A DNA stretch of 64,000 bases, from the NCBI GenBank assembly GCA_964035545.1, contig OZ037765.1, forward strand, positions 4,660,698 to 4,724,697, in the 5' to 3' direction. The position numbers and the translations under genes were made by a program. Source of the stretch: Bugula neritina. Its lineage: Eukaryota > Animalia > Bryozoa. The notes beneath the pieces are model-generated. The model was not told the DNA's origin and searched no databases. It saw only the letters and a list, made by a program, of their open reading frames with translations. Below are positions 1-23,093 of the stretch, in pieces (position 1 is the stretch's first letter; every line of letters begins with the position of its first letter).

Positions 1-3000
1 TTATGAACAATTTTAGCAATTCTATGTGACTTTATTTTATAATAAATTTGCTTCCCTTGTAATTGAAATCAAAATTTAAAACTGATATAAAGCACTTTCT
101 CAACGTTTCAAAATTTCGTATAACTTGATTGATCTCAAATGCTCAAAATTTGCTCTATTTTTGTACATCACAGCCTAACAATAGAGAACTGATAAAACAG
201 AACAACTAGCCTACATGTTGTCATTTGCTGCATTAAAAATATAGCATAAAAATTTGGTATGTGCAGTAATGGAAAAATTGAACAAAGCATGTCTTTTGAA
301 TAAGAAATGTAGCAAAAAAAGTCATTTTCTCTGGGAAATTTTAACAAGCACCCAAATCGAGGTTTTTAAGAAAAGTTCTCCTTTGTACTGCACCTAAATA
401 GGCGAACTAATCTCCCTTTACTCAAACTACTTTTTTACCCCCTTCCTCTAAAGAGTTCAGTGGTAAAAAGCTGCTCATTATAAACTCATTATTTCATCAG
501 TTGCTGAGAAAACTGGTTGGCAGCATTTTCAGACTAAACTCTTTCCCAAAACTTGACATAAATAACTCTCACTGCAGCTTTAGCTTGGGGTTTAGAGTCT
601 AGCTAATATTAGGATTTTCTTAATTCAGCATTTAAAGCTAAAAGCTTGAACTAAGAATTATTTGCACTGAACAAGCTAACGGCAGTTTTGGTGTAAACAA
701 CAATAATAACACAAGAAACTGTCAACAACTGAATTATAGAAATATATTATTCTATTTACTTTACAAATATAGTAGAAGGCCGTAGATAAGTTTCAATTAT
801 TAGTATGCCATAATTGTTACATAATTTAATATTGACAATTTAGTAATTAGCAATCTATGACAAGAAATGTGAGAATTATCTCCTAATATTTTAAATAACA
901 AAGTCGTGTCACTTTGTACTAATACAATGTTGCTTTTCTGTGGAGTAACTCATTCAACACTGAAGACCCTGATTTCAGATAGTTGGTAATTCACATAACG
1001 ACAACAACATACACTTCCTCCCAACCGCAATGTTGAGAGAGCAAGACCTTTCAGTAGATAAGTAAATAATAACTTGATGTTTGTAATAACATTACCAACC
1101 AGTGGAATGTTGCCTTTATTGCTGTCAAAACAAATTTTAGCATACTTGAGCCAACCATCACCAGTTGATGATTATTCAAGAGCCTAACTATAAAGCAGAT
1201 AACTAAAATCTGAAATTTCCATTAGAGTGAAGTTCACAATGGTAGTAGTCACTCTGAGCACTGCGATGGTGGCTTTCAAGTTAGTAATTGGGGCTTCGTT
1301 GTTAAAAGTTTGAGAAAATATTACTAATAGAAATAAATTACCTTGATGTGTGGGTACTGCAGCAGTATAGGTGATTAGTGCTAAAAGGACGACACAGCTA
1401 GTCTTAGTCCCTGAAACTCTCATCTTGCGATAAGGATGGAGTTTATAGCCTCCCTTAATGCATAAATATACAAATTAAAGAGTTCTACCAGTCCAGTGGG
1501 CTTACAGCCCCTTTCAGTTGTTGACTTTCTACCCGGTAAACAGCCCACAGAAGCTAGCTAAGGTGGTCTCGCAGCAACTTCTACACCAGGAGTCGACTAC
1601 TTGCCAGTAAAAGACAAGAAAACGAGTCCTTTTGGGTGTCAAGACCTGTCTCAATCTAGCTTCACTTAGATAACAATAAAGTTAACTGAGCTACAGAAAC
1701 CTACGCGGCCTTTGCAGCTTTATGCAAAAAATTTCCTCTGAAATTGAAGCCAGCCAATGGCAGCATTGTTCGTTTATGTTACCTAGATTAATTTCCTATC
1801 CTTGTCAGCTAGGTATTTACTTTTTACATATGTAGACCAGGATAATTAGCACCCAGTCCGAGAGAGGTATTGTTTCAGCTCAGTGTCGTGCCCAATCAAA
1901 GAATAGCTAAATTTTTTCAATTACTCTCAGACTCTGTGCACCAATGAAAGAACAAAAACACATGTATCTCATTTTCTGACAAATTATGTACCTGCAGTTT
2001 GGTGCAACTAATATGCTATCGCAGCTAGCTACAGCAACCAGTGGGCTATTCTGGGTCAAAGATATTCGTGAAGGCATTACTAGTTATTCACATCATCATT
2101 AGCAGCGATAGCTAGGAAAAAAGCAATAAGTTGAAAGTCTACTGGAGTGTGGTCAATCAAATGTTGTTATAAAGCTAAGAACAGTAGAAGGATGTGGTTC
2201 AACAGCGGTTGAAGTAGTGGCCGTACTGTACCTACTGTTTATTATTCATATTGCTTGTCTAGTAGAGCTCAGTATCGTTCAGTGAACACGCCTCCGCTAT
2301 CCACAACATGCGTGCTCGATCTGAGAAATTAGAACTGCACGTCTGCACTAGAACTTAGAGCTGTTGCTAGTTAATTTTATTTTAAAGGGTGAATCCGCTT
2401 TTCTTGTTTTATCTACTATACGTAGGCATATCACACTCGGACCTGTGCAATGAATGTATTTATAAATGTATTTTGGCTTGAAAGTTCTGCAGTAAACAAT
2501 TAATTTCAATGTCCTTCACTCATTAAACTAAAATCTTAACCAAACCAATGTACTTTGCTCAAACTGGTTTGACATTATTGTGTTTATTTCCCCAGCTTAT
2601 ACAAATTTGTTTTGGGTGGGCCTTGGACTGAAGTTTAGAAAATACTGATAATGTTGAAAGAAAAATGTAAGCTTCATCAAAATACACAATGAAGCACTTA
2701 TGATGGCCACAAACTTGCTCCAATAAAATTACACAGTCATTACAAAGTTTAGTGTCGAGTTAGTACTGCTACTGCATTTTCTCAGGATATCTAGCATCGT
2801 CTGACAGGTGCTTTTGATTAGCTAATAGTTGCTGTTGAACTGTGACCCATACATGTGGAAATACTTGCTTTGTTTTACTGCAAATGAATACACTGGAAGG
2901 TAGAATAAATACAAGTGGCTATAGAATCGACAGCTTAGCTATGAACATCTGCTCCTAGCTGTCATGGTGCTGACAGACGAAGCATTGGGTTTCACATGCT

Positions 3001-6000
3001 GATTCGTGTCAATTCAGTCAAAACTCTAGCTACTTGTAAAAGTAGCATTTGTTGAACTACGAAGTTGGCTTGAGCAGCATTGGTTCTGAGAAAAGTTGTA
3101 TTATATGAGAAAAGTTATAGAATGGGAAGGTGTCTGTCATAGAAATTGGGTTTAAACCTCCTCAGCAACCTAGGTTTTAGAGATGGTAAAAATTTTGTGC
3201 TAAGCAAAGATCTCATTTGGGCGTCCAAGATTCTTCATGCTATCCATCATACAAGTTTAAGAGCCAGCTGTGAAATACAGATTACCCAACTATAAAATTT
3301 CTAGTTTGGTAACTTATCATAAGCCGCTTGGGTAAATATTTTAGTTTGGTCTTAGGGTTAAGTGCAGACAACTTCTTATCAAAACAAGTGACAACTATCT
3401 TGCAGTTAAACAGTACTTTACACTGAAACACTAAGTGTTGCTAAAACTGATATATTGTGCATATAAATGTTACATGAACTAACTATGCTGATTCCACAAA
3501 CAAAAATTAAAATTTAAAGGTTCACAAAATATAAAAATATACTATATAAAATAGAAATATTATAGTTTTAAAAGACAACAATGCCATTTTTACATTTGTT
3601 CAAGGACAGACAACTCTTTCAGTACGCGTGTTGTGAGTGAACCAATGCCTATAAAAACAACTATTTACTCCATAAACCAGTATGGGTGGGTATCTAATGT
3701 GAATCCTTTCCCTAGTCTCACTATTATTATGACCATATGACGATATTATTCTCTCTCGAATTTATCTGCCGAATATAGAGTTGTTATCATTACGCTTGGA
3801 GCTAACACATTGCATAATGTAATACCAGGAAATCTTTGCAGTGAGGCCATAACACATCTATGTGCAGACGTATAAGTAAATGAGAAAAGAGCCTCAGATC
3901 TAAAAAATGACACAGGGAAGTATAATTTTTTATAACAATAAACAATGCTATTAAAGTTTTTGGTTATCAAATAAGCTCAGTCACATTTTATTCTTCAGGT
4001 AATATAATGTAATGATGAAGAGTGTTTTTTGGTATTCTTGTTTGCAACTTTTTAACAAAAAGAACAGCATTCAAGATGAAAGGTTAAACCAAAACACTGC
4101 TGTTCAGCAACGCATACGTGTATACATCCATACATGTAGAAAAGTTAAAAAGCAACTTTTAAATCAGAGAAACCTTTGAAAATCTAAAAAGGCAGTTTTG
4201 ACAACAAAAAAACACTTACTCCTAAATAACTTGATTTAAAAGCCTTTTTCTTTCAATTAAATTATTTTATTCCGTAACAGAAAGTTGGCAGAGCTGTATT
4301 ATTGAATGTTATTAGTTAACCTTTCTTTGCATAACAGTAGCAGACAACTCCATGTTTCACAACGTATTGCCTTTTGTAAAGAATGATATTATAACTTGAA
4401 AGTGCTTCGCTCGTATAAAACAGTAAAACACTCAAAATATTGTGCATTCACAATTATAATGAATAAAAAAACTAATGAAATTATGCAAAATGTTTCAAAG
4501 ATTTTGGGTTAGTTTCATGAGCTTATAAATTCAAAAAGCAAAACATAATTTATACTGCTTACAAATATAAAATATTGGCAACCATCAAATTATGATTGTT
4601 TATAAAACATTAAACTAAGTTAGCTGTTGACAACTACAATTGGTTTTAGCTACAGTCAACTGCAGATAAATTGCATGTTAGATTCAAGAATGTAACAATA
4701 CGACCCAACTGACCCAACTATGCTGTTAACAATGGTTATAAAAAATTTTTGAGTAGAAGTATCATGTATTTTTTTAATCACAACAGTATATTATATTAAT
4801 CAGCAAATTTTGATAAGGCATTTAGCAATGTCCAGCGTTCATGAGTCATGGTCATATGTAAAAATGTATGTAAAATTATAATGCTGAGCATCTCTGCGCT
4901 ACATATCCTTGAGGAAATTATATTGGCGGGTTAGTTTTATAACTGTGTCTGTCTTAGAATATATATCAATACTATTCATCAACTCTTACAGGTATGTTTA
5001 TCTTCAGAAAACTTGCTGTCTCAGTCACATGATCTTCTGTGTTAACTGATGTTTGCAAGGTAAATATTTGTGGGTACATACTGCTGATTTTATAAGCTTA
5101 TGATTTCCTGATAAACTTGGCTACATCCACCTTTAGTGCAAGCAGAAGTGATGTTTACCATAAAAATAATTATGTTATTATTGCTATGTTGAATATACTA
5201 TACTATATAGGCTACATAATATATCAGAGAGGAAAAACAGGCTAGGCTTAGGAAAACATGTTTAGTCACAGAGTATATGAATTTGTCAATAATATACCAC
5301 TGAGCTATAGTTTGTTAAATATTCAAGGTGACTAAATAATAGAATTATACTGCAGTTGTAGTATATACTATAATATAGTGCTACGCCATTCAGCATAGTC
5401 CAAACCTGGTAAGTCATTTATTATTCCATTCGTTTTAATTTAATTGTTTGCTCTTTCATCACACATAACTTGGGTTGTTTTCCATACATGTACAGTTATG
5501 GCTTATTGCTTTATTTCGCATATTGGAATCGTGTCACTTGACAGTGTAGGTTGAAGATCTTAAAGTTAATTATTATATATTGAAAGTCACAACTGAGTGG
5601 TAGATGTTAGACAGGTATAACATGTCAGCACAAGCTATTATACCAATTTTCCACTTTACTTACATAATAAATTCATGAAACCGCTCTATACCCAAATATT
5701 TGGTTTAAACAATAATAAGAATTTAAAGTCGTTTTAAATTTTTTTTTTTTTTTGTTATTACCCTTTTCCACAATAAATTCCGAGGAGCAAATTAAAGACA
5801 TAAAATTTAGTATTATGATTATTTATTAGTACAAAGTAAGTTTATGTTGGAATGTAAACACATGCATTTTGAATACAATATATTCAACAAATAGTTTAAA
5901 AGAAGAAGTATGTCATATGACAAATAGCTCACATGACAAAACTCTTTGCCATCTGAGCTATGACAACTGATATATAATTTTTATTTTAAATTGACTAGTG

Positions 6001-6146
6001 TGCAATAAGCATGCTTTAAATATCAAGAGTTACCCCCTCTTATTACAATAGCAGATTTTACTAAGACGTATAGACCTAAGCTCCGCCTAGTTTTTAGATT
6101 AACCCTACCCTGAACTTGGTGTTGTATATGAAGCATTCGTTTTTTC

Positions 6147-6304
6147 TATAAGCAGCTCAGAGTTGAAGGTAACTGAGTAAGTGGGACTGAGAGCAGTAAT
6201 TTAAAATTCTCGAGTTTCAAGTTGGGGTGTCAAAGTTCCAGTTCTAAATTCGAGAATCTTAAACTATTGATCACTCAGTCACCCCCAACTTGGAGCTGCT
6301 TATA
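6147..6304. mobile_element. MITE, family A copy 1
   Basis: Imperfect TIRs TATAAGCAGCTCAGAGTTGAAGGTAACTGAGT ... ACTCAGTCACCCCCAACTTGGAGCTGCTTATA. Related copies lie at 12650 and 37685. Confidence 0.7.
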
Positions 6305-6488
6305 AAATAATTTTAGCACTTGCCTGTTGGTAAAAGGATGTTTGCATGTGAATGCATCATCAAAATCTTGCAACCTTTATACTCGACAGCCTAATTGTAG
6401 TATTAATTGTTAGAGTTATTAGATATTATCATTAGTCTTAACTTTAAGTATAATTTAATTATAACTTTATAGTTTATAAGTAATACTC

Positions 6489-6661
6489 ATGGTGATGGTA
6501 GAAGTGTAACACTAACTGTAAGAAATAAACTTAAAGTTCGAAGACGAATGACAATGAGAATACCAATACTAATACTATTAGTATTAGTATTGGTATTCTC
6601 ATTGTCATTCGTCTTCGAACTTCAAGTTCATTTCTCACAGTTACACTTCTACCATCACCAT
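6489..6661. repeat. Long near-perfect palindrome (~85-bp arms, 1-nt spacer at 6578)
   Basis: ATGGTGATGGTAGAAGTGTAAC...CCAATACTAATACTA-T-TAGTATTAGTATTGG...GTTACACTTCTACCATCACCAT, with 3 substitutions and one 6-nt indel. Confidence 0.9.
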
Positions 6662-8259
6662 TTGCAATAGGCAATATGAAAGGGAATTGCTTTTAAACTA
6701 AAACCAAGTGTCAGTGACTCACTCTCAGTCACAGTGTGTACTTGATAATTGTGACTGTATCAGTGTATGCTTGTTAGTAATAACTAGTGAATTACAGTCT
6801 ACAAGCGACGGGAAATAAGAATGTATATCATACTTGATAATTAAGTTTTAGTTAATTCAATAAATGTTAACTTGTGAGTGAGTGTGACTGTGAGTTAACC
6901 ATCGACATCTGACTCCGCTGTGATACTCATACTAAATCTGATACTCATACTAATGCTAATACTAATAGTAATACTAATAGTGGTTGTCATTGTCTCATTC
7001 TCAATTTGATGAATTACTGTTTCTACTTATACTATACGGATACCCTTCAAGATCATTATGTTTATGATAATTATTGGGATTCAAAGTTTTGCACTTCTAA
7101 TAATAATTATGAAAATGGTGTCACAGTCAACTAATTAATATTACTATGAGAGCCATAATCATAATGAGTTTATAAATGATGGGTGTCGGGTTTTCACCAC
7201 TTCTTACAGTTACATGCTTTATAATTATTAAGCACTAACAGTTGCTAATCGTTTTTAGATTACTAGGACATTTGACTAACTATAAATAGCTGTAAGCCAG
7301 TAAGAGACTCTTTAATTTTATTGTATTCACTCGTTTAAGATAAATGATAAATGTCCAACTATGTCCAAGGTATTTGTGTACTGAAACAAAAACTCGGTTT
7401 TTCTACTCTTTCTCAAACTCAAATTCAATTCATTACATCACAAATATTAAATAATTATGATTCTAATAAAGTATTTATATTGAAATGAGAGGGTAAGTTT
7501 ATTTGTTATCGAAATAAATGTCAGCACCTATAATCTGTTGCAAAGATTTGCAAGTTGATTCAAATTTCTATTAACTTGAGTTGAACTATAACACAAGCTC
7601 TTCCACACTGTCAAAAATAGAACATTCTATTTAGTAGCACAAGTCCATAGTGAGATGTTTCTGCAAAAACCAGCCATTTTTTGTCATTACTATTTTTAGT
7701 AAACTAGTGACGGTCTTAACATGAATGTTTTGCTTGTTCAAATATGCATCTGGTTAAAAAAGTATTGTTGAACTAGTGTACTCTACCTGTGCCTCATTAC
7801 ATTGAGCTCAAGTAGCCATAAAATGACACATGATTGTTACATTTTACTTTTACTGCCAAAATGGTTTGTTACAAATGATAGCATCAAGTACCATGAAATT
7901 GGTTTTGCTGGTTTTAAATATCTTAAAGTACCTGGTGATATTTTTAGTAATTTACTAGTTGTTTGCGACATAGAAGTATACATATTCTTTGGGGTGTCAT
8001 TCAACCTTCACCCTAACTTTATATAATACTTACGCTCTCCTATATAACATAGTTTATTTTCTGGTGTATTATCCGTTTTGCTAAAAAAATTCATTAAATT
8101 TCTAAAAATATATTCAGTACAGCATAACCATGTTCAATCACGTTTTTTATTCAATCAAACTGAAAATTGTTGTGATCTGATATTGTTATTTTTCCTCTTT
8201 TTTTGCTTTCTAGGAACTAATTCATCCAACAAAAAATTATTCCCACTGAAGCAGTCGTT

Positions 8260-17266
<9,007 letters not shown>

Positions 17267-20200
17267 TAGGTTTTAGTATCAGTTGATTTTTTAATATTTT
17301 TTCCAAGAACTTTAATTTTGTTAAGAGCTAAAAAAATCTTTTTTGTAAAATGCATGCAGTAATTTTAAAATTAGTAAAGCTACATGATCAATATAGACTA
17401 TTTGTATTAAAGTGATAATCTTTCGGTAGCTTTAAATATTTTCACCTCCCGAAGCCTGTTTCTAAGTTTGTAGATTTAAGATGATGCAACAGTGCAATAA
17501 TCAATTTTTTCTAGTAAATTGCAAAACTTTCAAAGCTACAGCTAAAATTCTTTTTACAAATTACATATTAAAATTGGTTAAAATAATAAAGATGAAGTTG
17601 CTTGTTTGCTACATATACCAGCTTAGGGCAAAGTCTGGCTGCATCAAGCAATAAAAACAAAGTTGTAAACAATAATTATTTTTGTGAAGAAAAGTCACTC
17701 AAGAAATTAATTTCATATTTTTGTTGGTCAACATAGTACCTTGGAAGATGGTCAACTGGTAAAATTGTACACCTTGTCAGAATATTTTCAGATGAATGAA
17801 CTCAAAAACAGCTAATTGCAGACTTTTTTAATTAAAATGTGATTTAGATGCAACTTTTTAAAGGGATATGCATATCAAGCTGTTCTTTACCATCATTCAT
17901 TTTTTTTATAAAATTGTTATTTTTTGAGAAATTATAAAAAAAGTAATATATTGTTTAACTTTTTTATTAGGATATTTTAACCTTTATATCATAGCATTAT
18001 ATAATTTATAGCCTATGTATGTGATGCAGCTTAGACTTAGTGATCCTAACCATAATTCTATTTCAGACTATGCATGCTTAAATATAGTTTTACTTTATAT
18101 ATTGAATTTATGTCTGTTTGATTGGAGTGTGAGTTGAATATTTTCGAAAATCTGTCAACAGCTCTTTAGTTTTTATACAAGGTATTTTTGCAGGTTGTAT
18201 GAAGTTTTTAATATTTTTGTAGCATTTTGACAGCATTGAATTTTTATTAATTTTATTGTCAACTAGAAATCTTAATATAGAATTCAATGGGTACAACACA
18301 GTACTATTATAATATTGTATTTATTAATTTTAAACTAAATTTAAGCTAAACCAGTCAGCCAATAATCTAATAATTGCCATGTCTGGTTACTATAATAATA
18401 CATTATTTAGTTTGGTCAGTGGATGAGGAAAAAATAAATTGGCTGCCAAAATATGTAGACCTTTGCTCTAATCTATTTCTCCAAGCTGCTGTCACCCAGT
18501 TGATTACCATTTCCTTGTCTCTTCCTCATGTGGTGTCAGTTGCTGACACGATTAGTTTGACCTTTGACATCAGTTTCCTTGATCTGTATGTATGGGTTTC
18601 CTACTAAAAATATAGATGTATGTCTTTTATTTGTTTCTTACGAAATGCCTTATACTACAGAGTGGCTAGCAAAAAGCCTGTTTGGTATAAAAAATGTAGT
18701 CATTGCTTATAGCTTTTGGTTTGGGGTGCAGTACTAAATTTTCATATATAACTTCTTGTGCTCATTTAGAACTAGGGCCATTCCAGTACAAGCTGCAATT
18801 CTCAAAAGTTGGATTCAGTTATTTAAAAAAAGAGCAATTTACTTGCATGTGTTATGGGATTTATCTATTTGTATAAGAAAAAAATTTATATATACATACA
18901 AATCTTGCAGTGTGTTATTAACCACTCACTGCATGTATAGATGTTATTAACCACTCACTGTATGATGTTCAAAAAACGGTGCTTAGTAAATATGCTTTAT
19001 GAATAACCTAACAGAAAGCTGTTTTCCTTCTGCTACAACAGTTATAACTTTCTTAAGAAGTCTTTTGGGCTAAAAAACCAGAATGTACGCGAGACAAAAA
19101 TTAATATGCAGTATATAACTACCTACTCATTTCTACATAATAATTTATACATTTCATCATTTGCAAACATAAATCTCTCTGAAAAAAATCACATTTCGAT
19201 ACTTTTAAGTGCAGTAATATGAAACAATATTTTTATGTTACATGTTTTCTTATATATTATTTTATTCTTTACATTTGATTGAGAGCTAAAACCATTTTAC
19301 ATCTTAAACACACGCACACACACATTACAACTGCAGTCACAAGGATCACGCAGTTGTTTGTGCTAATATGATTCATGTTGTAATAAGCATGTCATTGCAT
19401 GCTCTATAATTGAATTACACTAGAATTATGCTCTCTGACTCATCTCTCTAGAAGGGGAAAGCGGGTAGTCCAGACGAAGTTTCAGCAATCGTTTTCCTCG
19501 TTGTTAATTTCAATTATGTATTTACCTATTTTTGACAATACGAAAAGCGCAATGAACTGTTTTACGCCAGTTTTAGCACATTACCTTTAGGTTATTTTAT
19601 GTCAAGCAAAAGCATCCAATCACAACCTTCACTTTCATTTTTAACGTTTTAAAGCTGGAAATATATAATATTCTTTCCCAACACTATTAGAGATCAATGT
19701 ACTTCTCCTACTTCTCCCAATGGTTCATGACTAGAATTAATTATTCTTGCGATTACCAGTGCATCTGTACAATTTCCAGTTATACTCATACCATAATTAA
19801 AACAACACAAACATTTTGTTGCTAAAACAAGCATGCAATAAAGTTATTCCTCTTCCTTCAAACTATCAAAAATAATTCGATAGATTTGATTGGACAGAAA
19901 CTTCAACTTGCACTGCAGTGGAGTTTTAGTGCCGTATTAACAAATTTCACTTTTCCTTTTTGTATCTTCTCTATTTGCCCAATTAACGCTTGAATTTTGC
20001 ATTGTCGACTGTTCATAGTTTCTTCTAATGCACCTGGGCCCAATTAAAGCAAAATTAAATATTAACAAAATTTTTAAGCTTCAAACGATATCCGTTAATT
20101 ATTTTATGAACAGTACACAGCAAAGCTGCTATAATAACTTTCTAGCAGCAAAGAGTAAGATGAGAACAATTAGTAATAATCAAAATAAGATGTCAAACTA

Positions 20201-21849
20201 AAAATTATTTAGTTGTTCATTAGTTTTTGGCTAAAACAAAACTCAGTATCATGCAATTGAAATCCAGTTAGTATGTAATACGAATAACCGTATATACACG
20301 TATAATATACTAATAGAAACTATATTACACAGTTTTAGCACCACCAATGCTTTTAAGTTGATGGCAATTAAAATAATTTTGTACTAAAATAGCCTATTAA
20401 TTGAGCAAATAAACTATAGTATAGTAAAATAGAAATAATTATTTTTAAGTGGTATAGCAAATAACTTATGAGTTGTGACAATAATTCACAAAACTTTACT
20501 CTGTTATGCTGCGTGTCATTAGATACTACTATTGTATGACTCATCTACTCACACACTGCACAGAATTGTGATAATCATAGAATTGTAGTTTATAGAATGG
20601 CAATATTTCTAGTGGAACTTCGCACCATCACAAGTTGTGTTATCTATAAACTAAAAAATTAAGAAATTATTTTTCAAAATCTTGAAAATTCTAAACCAAA
20701 ACTAGTAATATCATATATTTGGTTGGAGGAAATATAGGAGGCAACTTTCAAAAATTTGAATATACTCAGATCAAAATTTTATTTAATTGGTATTTTTTCT
20801 TATTGCTATTGCTATAGTATAACTATATTTTACTAGTAATTGTAGTGGCCAGTGGGTGTAGTAACTATGTAGTGATCAAGTTTTTTCAACTGTTGAAACA
20901 TAAAAAATAATTTGCCAACATTATAGCAATGTTTGATTCTTAACATTTATAATTGTTGCTGTTAGTAAGGTGCTGCAGAGTGAACCTGTAACCTCTCTAC
21001 CAGGATCATCCAAAATGATGAAGTATAAAAAATAAGCTGGGTGGGAGCATATATTAAGCACTCACTCTACCTGCTATGTTTTTTATTTAGGTTATATGCT
21101 TGCCAATATTCAATTTGAGCAAATGCAATGCAATCTAGTAGGACTAATCACAAATAAAGCTGCAAGAAGGGTTTATAAGTTTGAAAACTGAAACATAATA
21201 TGCAAAGGTAAATTATATAAGTAATAATGCAAATCTGATTCAATGACTGTATATATGTACTTTATATGTATAATAATGCTGGTATGCTATTCTGTTATAA
21301 GACCCTAGCAACATATCTTAATCATATTTAACAGGCAATAAACTAGTTTAGTTTTATAAAGAAATGTTACACTTGTATAAATAATGGCAATTATTCTAAA
21401 ATTTGTCAAAAATGTTGTTGCTAAATTGTTGTTAAAAATAGGTTCATCACAGCTTTACACAACTGCTTTCATTGAAGCGCAAGTAGTGTTAAAAATTTTT
21501 TTTACATCTAAACTTGTAATTAAACAACTTGTATTGTAATAGCTATAAAATAAAAGCATTCCATCAAATGCATTAAACTCGCAAGCGTCATGCTATATAC
21601 AGAAGAGTTGTCTTTTCATTACGTTCTTTGTTTATATGGCCTCGTTTTCACGATATTATTTGCTAGTTACATATTGATATCTTTTATTACCAAAGCTGTA
21701 GGCAGTAACTGTAAAATAGAGATTAGGCTTGAGTATTCACTCATTTTATTTTAGCTCGGCTCAACAAAAGGTAGGTTTGCAAATACACGGTCCATGGATA
21801 AGCGTACAATTGGCATTGTTTTCTAACTTATACTAAATAAAAGCGTACT

Positions 21850-22870
21850 TACTCGGTATAACTATATTAATATAAGTATAACTTTAAGCTTAACTAATAC
21901 TAATACTAATACTAATAGTAATACTAATGGTAATAGTAAATGTAATAGTAAATGTAATAGTAAGATAATAATTTGAAATAATATTTTTATATTTTTAATT
22001 TTATTAATATTATTAATAATAATTCACTTTAATAATTGTGGTAGTGATACAGTAACACTAACACTAACAGTAACTGTAAGACTGAGAGTAAATCTAACCT
22101 AAACTATGTTTAACTTAATGAGTATAACTATAACTATAAGACTTATACTTATAGTTATACGTATAGTTATAGTATTAGTATAACTGTTATAGTTGAACTT
22201 TATGTTATACACTATTAGTATTACTATTAGTATTAGTATTACTGTTAGTATTAGTATTATACTGTTACACTTATAATAAGTGTAACAGTATAATACTAAT
22301 ACTAACAGTAATACTAATACTAATAGTGTATAACATAAAGTTCAACTATAACAGTTATACTATAACTATAAGTATAAGTATAAGATTAACTTTATGAATA
22401 AGTATAGTTGAACTTAAATTAGCCGTAGAACTGGAAGTACTACTAATAGTAATAGTAATACTAATACTAATAGTAATACTATTACTTTATTACTAATAGT
22501 AAATGTAATAGTAATACTAATAGTAAATGTAATAGTCATAGAATTAGAACTACTACAACACTACTAATAAACACTACGCCTGCTGCTAGTACTACTGAAC
22601 TACTAGACAGACGCTCACACTGACAGTACCACTCAGTCCACTGAGCCCGACAGTCCTTGCTACTAGCACTGCTACTAATGCTAATAGTAATAGTAATACT
22701 AAAGATAAAACTTGAAAAAGATGTTTTGAAATTGATGATGTTAAACTTAGACACAAGAGTTTCCTGCCAGTAAATTCGACAGTTCTGTTTTCCATACTCA
22801 TACTGATAAAGCTAAATTGGTCTGTGTTGACTACTAATACTAATAGTAATATTAATAGCTATTAGTTATT
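21850..22870. repeat. Degenerate hexamer-periodic low-complexity tract (ACTAAT/AGTAAT/AGTATT)
   Basis: Long runs such as ACTAATACTAATAGTAATACTAAT and ACAGTAACACTAACACTAACAGTAACTGTA. Similar tracts occur at ~6400-7200, 36640-37300, 45630-45960 and 62790-63120. Confidence 0.8.
22141..22379. repeat. Long near-perfect palindrome (~105-bp arms, 1-nt spacer at 22275)
   Basis: ...AGTTGAACTTTATGTTATACAC...ACTGTTACACTTAT-A-ATAAGTGTAACAGT...GTGTATAACATAAAGTTCAACT... The arms differ by insertions of repeat units. Confidence 0.9.
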
Positions 22871-23093
22871 AGTAATTTATAAACTCAGTAAAAAAGTAAT
22901 TAAAATGAAATTATTTTTCGTTCATAGATGCAGACCAAAAGATAAAGTTTGAATCACCGGGACTAAACTTAAAAGATTGTAAGAGCACTCTGTTACTACT
23001 GGCTGGCTTACTCTGTTGCTTTGCAAGTGGAATTATACTGGTTATTAATACTTGTACTCATATTAACATTGTAAAGTTTTCAATTATCACACC

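Noticed and set aside
22536-22801. Hydrophobic minus-strand ORFs upstream of syndecan, and the similar ORF at 62936-63133
   Set aside because: They are products of the hexamer-periodic low-complexity tracts.
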